A stretch of 64,000 nucleotides of DNA from an uncultured Gemmatimonadales bacterium (GCA_963783385.1 CAWANJ010000001.1:672001-736000), one strand, 5' to 3'; positions 21,273-33,071 are shown, counted from the first letter of the stretch. Notes: generated by a model not told the origin, from the letters alone. Numbers and translations are program-made.

Positions 21273-22006
21273 TTCGAGCTCGAGCTCGCCGGCTCGGCCG
21301 CCTGGATCAGCTTCTCGAGCGACCCGTAGCCGTAGTCGCTGGTCGGGACCCGCTTCCCATCGATGAACAGGGTCGGCGTCGCGTTCACGCCGAGCTGGAT
21401 CCCGTAGTTGCGTGATGCCATGATCTCAGGGATGAACTTCCTGTCCTGGTAGCACTTCTTCCACTGGCCCACGTCGGCACCCGCCTGCCTGGCCAGGTCG
21501 GCGAAGTGGTCCTCCGGGTTCCGGGAGGCGACCCAGTCCAGCTGGTTGGCGTACAGGAGGTCGTGCATGGCCCAGAAGTGCCCCTGCGCGCCGGCGCAGC
21601 GGGCCGCCAGGGCACCCGGGATGGCGTTCGAGTTCTGGCTGAGCGGGAAGTCGTACATGGTCCAGCGCACCTTGCCGGTCTGCACGTAGTTCTGCCGTAG
21701 CGCCCGGCCGGTGAGCCGGGTGAACTCGGCGCAGTGCGGGCAGGTGTAGTCGGCGAACTCCACAAAGTGGACCGCGGCGTCGGCCGGGCCCTCGCTGATG
21801 CCGGCGCCCGAGTCGGCCGGGGCGTCGATCTGGGCCATGGAGATCGGAGACGCCGACCCGCCCTCGGCGCCTCCGCGCCTGAGCGCCAGGAGCGCCACGA
21901 TCCCCGCGATCACCACGACGGCGAGGCCGATGTAGAAGCCCTTGCCAGGACCGCTTCCGCCGCCCTTGCGACCGCCCTTTCTTCCCGCCTTGCTTCCCTT
22001 TGCCAC
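21269..22006 (-). CDS. Membrane-anchored DsbA family oxidoreductase
   Basis: EFADYTCPHC, DFPL, FWAMHDLLY, GVNATPTLFIDG. Confidence 0.88.
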   Translation of the reverse strand: MAKGSKAGRKGGRKGGGSGPGKGFYIGLAVVVIAGIVALLALRRGGAEGGSASPISMAQIDAPADSGAGISEGPADAAVHFVEFADYTCPHCAEFTRLTGRALRQNYVQTGKVRWTMYDFPLSQNSNAIPGALAARCAGAQGHFWAMHDLLYANQLDWVASRNPEDHFADLARQAGADVGQWKKCYQDRKFIPEIMASRNYGIQLGVNATPTLFIDGKRVPTSDYGYGSLEKLIQAAEPASSSSK

Positions 22007-22039
22007 GCTCGTTCCTCCTGTCGTGCGTCATCCGGTCGT

Positions 22040-23431
22040 CTAGTAGACGAACAGGATCGTGATCACGGCCGCCACCAGGAGGGCCAGCCCCGCGATGAGC
22101 ACGAGCTGCAACCACTCCGGGATCCGGCGGCGGGGCATCGCCCCCACCTCCACCAGCGACGGCAGGAAGCGCTTACCCCACACCTCGCCGATTTCTCCAA
22201 GCGCGTCCCGCCACGCCTCTTCGTACGCGGCGTCGACGCGCCGCAGCATCCGCTTCCAATCCGAGGTCGCGGTATCGAGTCCCTCGTCGCCCCCCTCCGG
22301 AGGGCCGGCCTCCAGCGTCTCGAGTCGCTCCGACAGCTCCCGCTGGCGCTCCTCGAGCTGCTGCAGGATCGGCACGAGCCGCTCGAACGGACCCAGGAGC
22401 CCGAGCCGGATCTCCTCGCGCGTCTCCTCCGAGATGCGAAATCGGCTCCGCTGGCGCGAGGGGACCCGCTTCTCCTCCAGCCGGGGGGCGAGCTCGCGGT
22501 CGTAGGCCTCGACCAGCCTCGCGGCGGCGTTCGTCACCGCCGCCCGCGTGTCCTCCTGGAGCTCGCCCGCGTCCATGGCGTCTACAGCGCGCCGCAGGGT
22601 GCGGGCGCCCGAGGCGGCCGACTTCCTCAGGAGAAGCGGGCCGAGCGCGATCTCTCCCAGCTCCAGGAAGTGCGTCTCGAAGAAGGAGCGGCCCAGCCCG
22701 GCCCGGTCCATGGTCCGGGCGGGGACCTGGCCGGCCGCCGCCTCCGCCAGGCTCTGCAGCGAGTCCACCGTGAGCCGGAGAACGGGCATCTCGGCCGCCA
22801 CCGGGGGCGCCACCTCGCGGCGCGCGAACATCTCGAGCTCCGGGCCGCGGCTCTCCGGCATGCCCCGCGCGGACCGTATGGTGGCCTGCACCTCCTCGGC
22901 GAACAGATACAGGAGGCGCACCCGGTCGGCGCCGCGCCGCACCTCGACGGCGGGGCCGCGCCCCCCCGTGGCCTCCTCCCCGAGCTCCTTCGCCTCCTCG
23001 GCCGGCCACGAGACGGCGTGGTGCTCCGCGCCGCTCAGGAGGTGGAGGCCGCGCCGGGTAATCACCGCCAGCCACAGGCCCCGGATCTCGGCCTCCGCGA
23101 TCCGGCCGACGGCCGCGGTGCCGGCGGTGCACACCACGCCCTCGCCGGTGAGGTCCGGGGGGAGGCGGCGGCGCTGGTCCGCCCGTCCGACGCTGCTCTC
23201 CACCGCCCGGGCCACGTCGTCCAGCGCGCGTCCGGCGCCCTGCAGCGCCACGGTCAGGCTACTGGAGAACACCATGAACAGGCCGGCCCGGCGTGAGGTC
23301 CAGAAGATGTCGCGGTAGGGGACCCGCAGGTCACCGAGGACGAGCTCCGACTCGCCGATGAGGACCTCCACGCCCCGCCGGGTACCGCCGGCGCGCGACC
23401 ACAGGTCCAGGCGGACGGTCGGCTCGCTCAC
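22040..23431 (-). CDS. Hypothetical protein with C-terminal transmembrane anchor
   Basis: GTG at 23431 overlaps the HAD stop; host-like codon usage; ends WLQLVLIAGLALLVAAVITILFVY. Confidence 0.7.
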   Translation of the reverse strand: MSEPTVRLDLWSRAGGTRRGVEVLIGESELVLGDLRVPYRDIFWTSRRAGLFMVFSSSLTVALQGAGRALDDVARAVESSVGRADQRRRLPPDLTGEGVVCTAGTAAVGRIAEAEIRGLWLAVITRRGLHLLSGAEHHAVSWPAEEAKELGEEATGGRGPAVEVRRGADRVRLLYLFAEEVQATIRSARGMPESRGPELEMFARREVAPPVAAEMPVLRLTVDSLQSLAEAAAGQVPARTMDRAGLGRSFFETHFLELGEIALGPLLLRKSAASGARTLRRAVDAMDAGELQEDTRAAVTNAAARLVEAYDRELAPRLEEKRVPSRQRSRFRISEETREEIRLGLLGPFERLVPILQQLEERQRELSERLETLEAGPPEGGDEGLDTATSDWKRMLRRVDAAYEEAWRDALGEIGEVWGKRFLPSLVEVGAMPRRRIPEWLQLVLIAGLALLVAAVITILFVY

Positions 23432-24116
23432 GACAGCAGCGTCTCCGCCACCGAGGCCACGTCCGAGAGGTCCCCGAACACCACGTCCGCCCCGTGCTCC
23501 CTGAGGGTGCCGGGGTCGTGGCGCCCCGTGGCCACCGCCAGGGTGCGGAGCCCGGAGGCCCGGCCACAGCGAATGTCCGCGGGCGTGTCGCCCACGACCC
23601 ACACCTCGCGGGGCTCGAAGCGCAGGCCGCGCTCGGCGGCCCGGCGGAGCGCCACGGGGGGAGCTCGTCCCGGTGCTCGGCGTCCGACCCGTACCCGCCG
23701 ACCTCGAACGGGGCGCGCACGGCCGCGGCGGCCAGCTTGCGCCGCGCTCCCTCCTCCAGGTTCCCGGTCACAAGGCCCAGGGTCACGCCGGCCTCCTCCG
23801 CCAGCCGCTCCAGCAGCTGGACGACGCCCGGGTACGGATGGGCCCGGCCGTTCCGCGCCGCGAGCTCCTCGGCGAGAATCTCCAGGTAGGGCCCCCACAC
23901 CCGGCCCATGCGGGCGTCGATCCACGCGTCCTCCCGCCCCAGGGCGCGCAGCAGTCCCCGGACAATGGACGGGTCGGTGCGCCCGTGGAAGTCGCAGCTG
24001 TCGATCGGCCCGGCCTCCCCGAACACGCGCACCATGGCCCGCCCCAGCGCCGCGCGCCCCGCGCCGCCCGAGTCCACCAGCGTGCCGTCCACATCGAAGA
24101 GAACCAGACGTCTCAC
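23428..24116 (-). CDS. HAD family hydrolase (frameshift in G/C run ~23658)
   Basis: LVLFDVDGTLVD, GLVTGN, VVGDTPADI across two frames. Confidence 0.85.
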
Positions 24117-25060
24117 GTGCGTCTCACCGCCCGGGTGACGGCCTGCGCCAGCGCCTCCTCCGCCCGAAGCGCCAGCGGCAGCAGCTCGTGCAGCGGCCGG
24201 GGAGCCAGCGGCTCGCCGACCGCGCCCGTGGAGAGCGCGAACACCATGTCCCCGTCGAAGGGGGTCGCCGCCGGCCGCAGCCGCCGGATGAGCCCGTGCA
24301 CGGCCTGCCGCGCTACGACCTGGAGATCGATGCGCGCCAGGGGGACGTCGGTGGCCACCACGCCGAGCGTGGTGTTCTCGCGTCCGCGCCGCTCCCCGAA
24401 CCCTCCCGGCATGGAGCCGTCCCGCAGGGTCCGGGCCGTATCCCTGTAACCCCCGCCCGGGGCGCGGCATCCCGCCACGATGGCGCCGTCCCCGTCGACC
24501 ACGTCCCCGAAGGCATTCACCGCCGCCAGGGCCGCCACCGTGCCCTCGCGGCCCTCCGCGACCGCGCTTCCCACCCCGGAGGGTTCGGCGAACTCGGGGC
24601 CGGCCAGCTTGCCGACCGTGGCCCCGCAGCCGGCGCCGACCGGGCCTTCCTCGACCGGCTCCGGGCCGGCGGCCTCGGCCGCCGCCCGGCCCATGTCCGG
24701 GTCCGGGCGCACGGAGGCGTCACCCACGGCCAGGTCGTAGAGGACGGCCGCGGGCACGATCGGCACCCGCGCCGCCGCGGTTCGGAAGCCGCGCCCACGC
24801 TCCTCGAGCCACGCCACCACCCCGTCCGCGGCCGCCAGCCCGAAGGCCGAGCCGCCGGTGAGCAGGAGGGCATCGCAGCACGGGACCACGTGCAGGGGCG
24901 AAAGGGCATCCAGCTCCCGCGAGCCGGTGGCCAGCCCCCGGACCTCGACCACGGCCGTGAACGGCCCGAGCACGACCGTGCACCCCGTACGGGCCGCGAC
25001 GTCCTGCGCGTGGCCGACCTGGAGGCCGGCCACGGCGGTCAGGCTCCGGTTCGGGCTCAC
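24113..25060 (-). CDS. P1/S58 (DmpA-like) peptidase
   Basis: LTAVAGLQVGH, TGCTV, GGSAFGL, GAGCGATVGK, ENTTLGVVATD, TPFDGD. Confidence 0.88.
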   Translation of the reverse strand: MSPNRSLTAVAGLQVGHAQDVAARTGCTVVLGPFTAVVEVRGLATGSRELDALSPLHVVPCCDALLLTGGSAFGLAAADGVVAWLEERGRGFRTAAARVPIVPAAVLYDLAVGDASVRPDPDMGRAAAEAAGPEPVEEGPVGAGCGATVGKLAGPEFAEPSGVGSAVAEGREGTVAALAAVNAFGDVVDGDGAIVAGCRAPGGGYRDTARTLRDGSMPGGFGERRGRENTTLGVVATDVPLARIDLQVVARQAVHGLIRRLRPAATPFDGDMVFALSTGAVGEPLAPRPLHELLPLALRAEEALAQAVTRAVRRT

Positions 25061-25848
25061 CCGCTCACCGCCGCGCCCGCGGCCGCCCGCACCGCCTCTC
25101 CGAACCACTCGAACAGCCGCCTGCTGCCACCCTCGGGGTCGGGCAGGCGGCGCTCCGGGTGCCACTGGACCGCGAGGACGGGCGCCCGGGCCGCCGGCCG
25201 GCGGAGCTCGACGGCCTCGACCAGGCCGTCCCCCGTCCACGCGACCTCGACCAGGCCCCGGCCCGGCGAGCGCAGCCCCTGGTGATGCGTCGAGTTGGTG
25301 CGGAAGGCCGTGGCGCCCATGACCTCCGCCAGGAGCGAGCCATCGGCGGCCCGCACGGCGTGTACGGGCCTGGCCACGTCCGGTCCGGCGCGCTCGTGAT
25401 CGGTGTCGCCCGGCCGCTGCGAGGGAAGGTCCTGCCACAGGTCGCCACCCAGGTGCACGTTGAGGAACTGAAAGCCGCGGCAGATGGCCAGCACGGGCAG
25501 CCCGGCCGCGAGCGCGGCATCGAGCGCCCGGGCTTCCATGGCGTCCCGCTCGGGCGAGATGTCCACGGCCCCCTCCGGCGCCTCTCCGTACAGCGCCGGA
25601 TCCACGTCCTCGCCCCCGGTGAGGAGGAGGCCGGACGAGCGGGCAAGCACCTCCTCGACCTCGTCCAGCTCGAGCCCCGGTCCCAGGACGAGCGGCAGTG
25701 CCCCGGCCGCGCGCACGCCCTCGAGGTAGCCCTGCTCCAGCCACACCCGGCGCCCCGGGTGCTCCGCGGGCCCCTCGCTCCACGCGGCGGTGACGGCCAC
25801 GAGCGGAGCTTCCGCCGGCGACCCGCCCCGGTCCGGGTCTCCCCTCAC
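25057..25848 (-). CDS. Peptidase C26 / gamma-glutamyl-GABA hydrolase family
   Basis: [31 protein letters not shown]. Confidence 0.9.
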   Translation of the reverse strand: MRGDPDRGGSPAEAPLVAVTAAWSEGPAEHPGRRVWLEQGYLEGVRAAGALPLVLGPGLELDEVEEVLARSSGLLLTGGEDVDPALYGEAPEGAVDISPERDAMEARALDAALAAGLPVLAICRGFQFLNVHLGGDLWQDLPSQRPGDTDHERAGPDVARPVHAVRAADGSLLAEVMGATAFRTNSTHHQGLRSPGRGLVEVAWTGDGLVEAVELRRPAARAPVLAVQWHPERRLPDPEGGSRRLFEWFGEAVRAAAGAAVSG

Positions 25849-26894
25849 GCCCCTCCGTCCTCCGGGCCGTCCCCGGCCCGCTCCTCGAGCCAGCCGGCCA
25901 GCACCGCCGGGTCGATGTTGCCCCCCGACAGCACGCACGCCACGTCCCCGCCTTCGGCCCAGTCGGGGTCGGCCGCACCGCACAGGAGGGCGGCCACGGA
26001 GGCGGCCCCGCTCGGCTCCACGACCAGGTGCCGCCGGAAGCACCACAGGACCGCATCCACCAGCGCCGCGTCGGGCACGGTCACCACCTCGTCGACCAGC
26101 TCCCGGATGTGGGCGAAGGTGAGGTCCCCGGGGCGCGGCGGCCGCAGGCCGTCGGCGATCGTGTCCACCCGCTCCAGGGCCACGGGCCGGCCCGCCTCGA
26201 GGGAGCGCCGGGTGTCGTCGGCTCCCTCGGGCTCGACCCCCACGATGCGGCACTCGGGCGCCAGCTCGCGCAGCACGACCGCGCAGCCCGACAGGAGCCC
26301 GCCGCCCCCGATGGGGACGAGCACGAGGCCGGGGTCCCCGACCGCCTCCTCCCCGCGCGCCGCCGCCTCGTCGAGCTGGTCCCAGATCTCGAGCGCCGTG
26401 GTGCCCTGGCCGGCGATGATGTCGGGGTGGTCGAAGGGCGGCACCATGGTGGCGCCCTCCTCCCGCTCGATCTCGAGCGCCCTGGCCTCGCGCTCGGGCG
26501 CCGTGGTGCCGACCTGCTCGATCCGGGCGCCCAGGCTCCGCACGCCCTCCACCTTCACGCGGGGCGCGTCGACCGGCATGACGATGGTGGCCGACGCACC
26601 GTAGGCGCGGGCCGCGTAGGCGACCCCCTGCGCGTGGTTCCCCGACGAGTACGCGACCAGGCCGGCCCCGCGCTGCTCGGGCGTGAGCAGGCTCACGAAG
26701 TTGTACGCCCCGCGGACCTTGAAGGCTCCCGCGCGCTGCAGGCTCTCGCACTTGAGCCAGGCGGTGGACCCGTCGGGGAGCTGGCCGGGGAGGAGGGGGG
26801 TGCGCAGCGCCACCCCCTCGAGACGGGCCGCGGCGTCCTGCACCTGGCGCAGGCCGACGAGCTCCGTCGACCGGCTTCCGGCCTCCGGGCTCAC
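25845..26894 (-). CDS. PLP-dependent threonine/serine dehydratase family
   Basis: [41 protein letters not shown]. Confidence 0.9.
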   Translation of the reverse strand: MSPEAGSRSTELVGLRQVQDAAARLEGVALRTPLLPGQLPDGSTAWLKCESLQRAGAFKVRGAYNFVSLLTPEQRGAGLVAYSSGNHAQGVAYAARAYGASATIVMPVDAPRVKVEGVRSLGARIEQVGTTAPEREARALEIEREEGATMVPPFDHPDIIAGQGTTALEIWDQLDEAAARGEEAVGDPGLVLVPIGGGGLLSGCAVVLRELAPECRIVGVEPEGADDTRRSLEAGRPVALERVDTIADGLRPPRPGDLTFAHIRELVDEVVTVPDAALVDAVLWCFRRHLVVEPSGAASVAALLCGAADPDWAEGGDVACVLSGGNIDPAVLAGWLEERAGDGPEDGGA

Positions 26895-29412
26895 GAGGGC
26901 TCCTCGGCCTCGGCCTCGACCTGCTCGGCCAGCTCGCGCACGGCCTCCGGGCCCTCGGCCACCTCCGTCGCGTCGTCCTCGTCGCGCTCGACCACCCGGG
27001 CCACGTCGACCAGCTCGTCCCCCCTGTCCAGGCTGACGAGCCGCACCCCCTGGGTGTTGCGCCCGATGACGCGGATCTCCCGGGCGTGCTGGCGGTTCAC
27101 GACCCCGTTGCGGGTGACCAGCATGAGCTCGTCCTCGTCGGTGACCTCCTTGACGGCCACCACGTGCCCGGTCTTCCCGGTGAGGTGGAGGTTGATGAGC
27201 CCCTTCCCGCCCCGGTGCTGGGTACGGTACTCGTCCACGTCCGTGCGCTTGCCCATGCCGCGGTCGGTCACGGTGAGCAGAGTGGCGCCGCGACGGACGA
27301 TGACCATGCCGACCACGTGGTCCTCGTCGGCCAGGTCCACGCCCTTCACCCCCTGGGTTGCGCGTCCGGTCTCCCGGATCTCCTTCTCCGGGAAGCGGAT
27401 GGCCATGCCGTTCCGGGTGGCGAGGACGATGTCGTTGGAGCCATCGGTCATCTGGACGTCGATGAGACGGTCGCCCTCGACGATGTTGATGGCGTTGACG
27501 CCCGGCGCCCGCACGTTGGAGTAGGCGGCCAGGCTCGTCTTCTTCACGAGGCAGTTCCGCGTGGCGAACACGAGATACTGGTCCTCGCCGAACTCGCGAA
27601 CCGGGATCATCGAGGCGATCGTCTCGTCCTTGTCCATCGACAGGAGGTTGACGATCGGGCGGCCGCGCGCGGTGCGGGACGTCTGCGGGATCTCGTACAC
27701 CTTGAGCCAGTAGGCGTGACCGCGGGCGGTGAAGAACATCAGGTAGTCGTGGGTCGAGGCCAGGAAGAGGTGCTCGACCCAGTCCTCGTCCTTGGTCCCC
27801 ATGCCGGCCACCCCGCGTCCCCCGCGCCGCTGCTGGCGGTAGACGTCGGGCGCCAGCCGCTTCACGTAGCCCTGGCGGCTCACCGTGATGACCATGGGCT
27901 CTTCGGCGATGAGGTCTTCCTCGGTGAAATCGACCGCCACGTCGACCACGGTCGTCCGACGCTCGTCGCCGTACTTGTCGACCAGCTCGCCGAGCTCGCC
28001 CTTGATGATGCTCATGCGGAGCTCGCGCGAGCCCAGGATGCCCTCCAGGCGCCCGATCTCGGCCCGGACCTCCTGCAGCTCGGCCTCCAGCTTCTCGATC
28101 TCGAGGCCCGTGAGGCGGGCGAGCCGCATGTCCAGAATCGCCTTCGACTGCACCTCGGTGAGGTCGAAGCGCTCGCGCAGGCGCGCTCCCGCCGCGTCCG
28201 CGTCCGGCGCGGCCCGGATGATCTCGATCACCTCGTCGATGTTGTCGACGGCGATCTTGAGCCCCTCGAGGACGTGCTCCCGCGCCTTGGCGTTGCGGAG
28301 GTCGTACTCGCTCCGGAGCACGACCACCTGGTGACGGTGGTCGATGAAGTGCTGGAGCATCTCCTTGAGGGACATGACCTTGGGAACGCCGTCCACCAGC
28401 GCCAGCATGATGACGCCGAAGGTGGACTGCATCTGCGTCATCTTGAACAGCTTGTTGAGGACGATGCGCGGCGCCGCGTCCCGCTTGAGCTCGATGACGA
28501 CGCGCATGCCGTCCCGGTCCGACTCGTCCCGGAGGTCGGAGATGTTCTCGACGCGCTTGTCGCGGACGAGCCCTGCGATCTGCTCGATGAGGCGGGACTT
28601 GTTGACCATGAACGGGATCTCGGAGATCACGATGCGCTCTCCGCCGCGCTCGCGCTCCTCCACCCGCGCCCGGGCGCGCATGACCACCCGCCCACGGCCC
28701 GTCTCGTACGCCTCGCGGATCCCGTCCGAGCCGTAGATGAAGCCGCCGGTGGGGAAGTCGGGCCCCTGGACGTGCTCCATGAGGTCGTCCAGGCTGGCGT
28801 CCGGGTCGTCGATCAGGGTCTCCAGCGCTCCCACCACCTCGCGCAGGTTGTGGGGCGGGATGTTGGTGGCCATGCCGACCGCGATGCCCGGAGCGACCGT
28901 TCACCAGCAGGTTGGGCAGCCGCGCGGGCAGGACGGTGGGCTCCTGCAGCCGGTCGTCGAAGTTGGGCGCGAAGTCGACCGTCTCCTTGTCGATGTCGGC
29001 CAGCATCTCCTCGGCGATGGGCGCCAGCCGGGCCTCGGTGTACCGGTAGGCCGCCGCGCTGTCGCCGTCGATGGAGCCGAAGTTGCCCTGGCCGTCCACC
29101 AGCGGATAGCGGAGGGAGAAGTCCTGGACCATGCGAACCAGCGAGTCGTACACGGCCGTGTCGCCGTGCGGGTGGTACTTGCCCAGCACGTCGCCCACCA
29201 CGGTCGCGCACTTCTTGTAGGGCCGGTTGGGGGCCAGCCCCAGCTCCTGCATCGAGTAGAGGATGCGGCGGTGCACGGGCTTGAGGCCGTCGCGGACGTC
29301 CGGGAGGGCCCGCTGCACGATGACGCTCATCGAGTAGTCGATGAACGACTCGCGCATCTCCTCCTCGAGCAACCGGGGCTCGACGCGCTCGAATGTTCTC
29401 GGGTGTGCTCAT
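26891..29412 (-). CDS. gyrA: DNA gyrase subunit A (apparent frameshifts ~29390 and ~28895)
   Basis: [30 protein letters not shown], GyrA-box QRRGGRG, C-terminal pinwheel repeats. Confidence 0.95.
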
Positions 29413-29654
29413 GTCACCTCACGGTGGCGTTGCCTGGTGCCGCGGAGCGGGGCTCTTCCCCCACGCCCGATCGAGCCCGAACGGAGGTCCGCCGGGACCC
29501 GCTCATAGCCCACTAAATCTACAGGCTCGATACCCCGCAGGCGAACGTTCGAAACGGCCGCGGGGGCCGCCGGCCGGACGGCCGCGACCCCCGCGCAAAC
29601 CCGCCTCCGGCGAGGCTGTTCGCCCCGCGGAGGTCCTCCCGGCGCGCGCCGGGC

Positions 29655-30089
29655 TCAGTCCTCGAACTCCTTGAGGATCATCTCGAGCTCCTCGCGGTGT
29701 CCGGTCTCGTCCACGATGAGGTCCTCGAGTCGCAGACGCAGGCCCGGCTCGCCGGCCGCGTCCGCCTGCTCGACGCGCTTCGTGTAGCGCTCGATCGTGT
29801 CCTTCTCGGCCTGCAGGGCGAGCTCGATGCGCTCCCGGTTGCTGGAGCCGAGCTCGACCGGCTTGGGCACGGTCGCCGGCTCGCCCCCGAGGGCCACGAC
29901 CTTCTGGGCCAGGAAGGCAGCGTGCCCCTGCTCGTCGGCGATCTCGGACTCGAACATCGCCTTGAGCTCGGGACGGTTGGCCCCGGTCATGAGCTGGGCG
30001 CCCACCGTGTAGAAGATGACCGCCTGGAACTCGTAGGCCAGGTCCTCGTTGAGACTTGCGATGAGGGTGTCTGGGGCGTCGTGGCTCAT
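29655..30089 (-). CDS. Ferritin-like (bacterioferritin-type) protein
   Basis: LNEDLAYE, EIADEQGH, AE and DETGH di-iron ligand pattern. Confidence 0.85.
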   Translation of the reverse strand: MSHDAPDTLIASLNEDLAYEFQAVIFYTVGAQLMTGANRPELKAMFESEIADEQGHAAFLAQKVVALGGEPATVPKPVELGSSNRERIELALQAEKDTIERYTKRVEQADAAGEPGLRLRLEDLIVDETGHREELEMILKEFED

Positions 30090-30192
30090 GGGAATCTCCT
30101 TTCGATCCGGGGGCGGCGGGCGGCGCCGCCCCCGGAGTCTATGACGGAGCGAATCGATTTCTCGCCCATCGAAAGGAGCAAGGGACGTGCCC

Positions 30193-31530
30193 TCAACCTC
30201 CGTCCACGCCGTTGCCGCCCTCTCCGCCCCGGTACTCGGGCGGCTGGTCCCCGCGCAGCGTCCTGTAGCGCTCGAACAGCTCTCGCTGGCGTGAGCGGTC
30301 CGGCATCACGCGGCCACGGATGATCACGGTCTCGGGCGCCGAGGAGAGCTCGAACGGGTCGCCCGACCACACCACCACGTCCGCCACCTTGCCGGCCTCC
30401 AGCGACCCGTAACGGTCGTCGATCCCGAAGGCGCGGGCCGGCTCCAGCGTCACGGCCCGCAGGGCCGCGTCCCAGGGCAGCCCGAAGCGCACCGCGTTCC
30501 CGGCGTCGAAGACCAGGTTCCGGACGTTGTGGGCGTCGAAGGTGCTGATGATCACCGGGACGCCCGCCTTCTCGAGCAGGGCGGCGTTGTCGAAGCGGGC
30601 GCCCAGGTGCGAGAAGTCGGTGGGCGCGTCGGTGAGGGGGTCGAGCACGACCGGCACGTGTGCCCGGGCGAGCTCGCCGGCCACCCTCCAGGCCTCCGCC
30701 CCGCCCGTGATCACCAGCCGGAGCCCGTAGTCGTGCGCAATGCGGAGCACGGCCGAGATGTCGGAGGCCCGGTCCACGTTCACCACCAGCGGCATGGTGC
30801 CCGCCAGGACGGGCTGCAGCGCCTCCAGGTCCAGCCGGGACTCGGCCAGGTTGCGAGACGCCCCCCGATCGAACGCGCCCTGGTGCTTCTTCCAGAACCT
30901 GGCGTCGTCCAGCGCCTCGCGCAGGCGGAGGGAGGCCTCGCCGCGGGCACCCCCCACCTGGGAGGCAGCGCCGGCTCCGTAGCTGGCCATCATGGCCGCC
31001 CGCGGCTCGACCAGCATGGCCTCCACGGTGGCTCCCGCCAGGTCGATCACGGCTCCCTGGCCCGAGATGAGCCCGCCCCGCGGCGCCGTGAGGGCGGTGG
31101 TCACGCCGCCCAGTCGGTTGATGGGGATGAGGGTGGAGGCCGGGTTGATCCCGTCCACCACGTCGAAGGCGGCGGTGACCGGGTCTTCGGACTGCACGGC
31201 GAAGTCACGCGTGGCGCCCACCGCTCCCACCTCGACCAGGCCCAGGGTGGTGGAGGCGTCCATGAGGCCCGGCGTGACGACCTTGCCGGTGGCGTCGATC
31301 CGGCGCGCGCCGGCGGGCACGCGCACGTCGGTGCCCACGGCCACGATCTTCCCGTCCCGGATGAGCAGCGTGGCTCCCTCGAGCCTGGGGCCGGAGACCG
31401 GGTACACCGTGCCGCCCGTGATGGCGATCGTCTGGGCGGCCGCCGGAGCCGGGGCGGCCAGGGTGGCCGCCGCGAGGCAAGCCGCCGCCAGCAGGCTCGT
31501 CGAGCCGGGCGCTGTCCTCGTCGGCCTCAT
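30193..31530 (-). CDS. Secreted amidohydrolase family protein (metal His residues degenerate)
   Basis: Signal peptide, VTPGLMDASTTLG, GSLEAGKVADVVVWSGDPF. Confidence 0.85.
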   Translation of the reverse strand: MRPTRTAPGSTSLLAAACLAAATLAAPAPAAAQTIAITGGTVYPVSGPRLEGATLLIRDGKIVAVGTDVRVPAGARRIDATGKVVTPGLMDASTTLGLVEVGAVGATRDFAVQSEDPVTAAFDVVDGINPASTLIPINRLGGVTTALTAPRGGLISGQGAVIDLAGATVEAMLVEPRAAMMASYGAGAASQVGGARGEASLRLREALDDARFWKKHQGAFDRGASRNLAESRLDLEALQPVLAGTMPLVVNVDRASDISAVLRIAHDYGLRLVITGGAEAWRVAGELARAHVPVVLDPLTDAPTDFSHLGARFDNAALLEKAGVPVIISTFDAHNVRNLVFDAGNAVRFGLPWDAALRAVTLEPARAFGIDDRYGSLEAGKVADVVVWSGDPFELSSAPETVIIRGRVMPDRSRQRELFERYRTLRGDQPPEYRGGEGGNGVDGG

Positions 31531-33071
31531 CGGGCACCTCCCTTCGCTCCCTCGAGCGTCGCCTCCGGCAGGATGCCGACCTCGAAGTCCGAGGTGGGCT
31601 GGAGCTCCTTCTGCTTACGGTCGTAGATCATCGCGCCGTCGATGAAGACCTCGTCGGCGCGCGTGTAGATGCTGAACGGGTCGCCCGACCACACGGTCAC
31701 GTCGGCGTTCTTGCCCTTCTCGAGCGTGCCCACCCGGTCCTGGATGCCCAGGGCCCAGGCCGGCTCGGCCGTGATCCAGCGCAACGCCTCGTTCCGGCTC
31801 ACCTCGATGCCCGCCTCGCGGCCGGCGTACATGGCGCGGGCGGCGTTCTGGTTCATGAGCTGCACGCCCATGTCGTCGTCGGTGTGCAGGATGGCGTGCA
31901 CCCCGGCCTGGCTGACCAGGGCCAGGTTCTGCTCGATACCGTCGAACGCCTCCATCTTGAAGCCCCACCAGTTGAACCACAGGGCGGCGCCGATCGAGTC
32001 CCGGGCCAGGATGTCGCGGATCTTGTAGGCCTCCACGCCGTGGTGGAAGGCGCGGATGTGGAAGCCGAACTCGTGCGAGAGGTTGATCATCTGGACCATC
32101 TCGTCGGCCCGGTAGCAGTGGATCTGCGGGAACAGGTGGCCGCGGAGCACCTCGGCCAGCGTCTCGAGCCCCAGGTCGCGCGCGGGCGGGTCGCCCTTGC
32201 GACCCCCCTCGATCCACGCGTCCCACTTCTCGCGGTAGGCCCTGGCCCTGATGAAGGCCTCGCGGTAGCCGGCCACGTTGCCCATGCGGGTGGAGGGGAA
32301 GCGGCCGCGGCTGCCGTACACGCGCTTGGGGTTCTCGCCGCACGCCATCTTGAGCGCCATGGGAGCGCCCGGGAACATCATGTCCTGAACGCTCCGGCCG
32401 GGCACCAGCTTGAGCGTGATCCCGCGCCCCCCGATGAGGTTGGCACTGCCCGGCAGCACCTCGACCGTGGTCACGCCGGCCGCGAGGGCGCGCGTGAAGG
32501 AGGGGTCCTGGGGCCACACCGAGTGCTCCGCCCACACCTGCGGAGTGGTGGGACTGGTGGCCTCGTTGCCATCCGAGTGGGCCTGGACGCCGGGGTCCGG
32601 GTAGTCTCCCATGTGGGAGTGGACGTCGATGATCCCCGGGGTCACGTACCGGCCGCTCGCCTCGATCACCACCGCGCCGGGCGGCGCCTGGATCCCCTTC
32701 CCCACCGCGGCGATCTCGCCGTTCTCGAGGAGCACGTCGCCGCCCTGGATCGTGCGCCCGGTGGCGGTCATCACCGTCCCGCCCCTGATCAAGGTCGGCT
32801 TCGAGGGCAGGGGCCGGTAGGTGGAGCGCCACGCCCCGTTCGGCATCCCGTACAGCAGGTCGCGCGTGTCGGTGGTGTCGGTCCCGTCGGCCGCCACGGG
32901 GACCGTGCCCGTCGCGGTGGTTCCGCCGACGTCCCTCGCCTGGACCCCGGCGACGTCCGACCCGGCCGCGGGCCCGCCCGCGCCGGCGGTGGCGCAGGCG
33001 GCCGCCAGCCAGGCACAGCCGGCCAGCAGGGCGGCGCGCGGGACGGCCGGGCTCGATGCTCGATTCCTCAT
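31527..33071 (-). CDS. Amidohydrolase family lipoprotein
   Basis: LAAAC lipobox, PGIIDVHSHMG, KMACGENP, HCY, FHH, GTLEKGKNAD. Confidence 0.88.
   Translation of the reverse strand: MRNRASSPAVPRAALLAGCAWLAAACATAGAGGPAAGSDVAGVQARDVGGTTATGTVPVAADGTDTTDTRDLLYGMPNGAWRSTYRPLPSKPTLIRGGTVMTATGRTIQGGDVLLENGEIAAVGKGIQAPPGAVVIEASGRYVTPGIIDVHSHMGDYPDPGVQAHSDGNEATSPTTPQVWAEHSVWPQDPSFTRALAAGVTTVEVLPGSANLIGGRGITLKLVPGRSVQDMMFPGAPMALKMACGENPKRVYGSRGRFPSTRMGNVAGYREAFIRARAYREKWDAWIEGGRKGDPPARDLGLETLAEVLRGHLFPQIHCYRADEMVQMINLSHEFGFHIRAFHHGVEAYKIRDILARDSIGAALWFNWWGFKMEAFDGIEQNLALVSQAGVHAILHTDDDMGVQLMNQNAARAMYAGREAGIEVSRNEALRWITAEPAWALGIQDRVGTLEKGKNADVTVWSGDPFSIYTRADEVFIDGAMIYDRKQKELQPTSDFEVGILPEATLEGAKGGAR

Noticed and set aside
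25845-29372. 1175-aa apparent GyrA N-terminus/dehydratase fusion
   Set aside because: Artefact of the gyrA frameshift reading through a stop-free GC-rich frame into the next gene.
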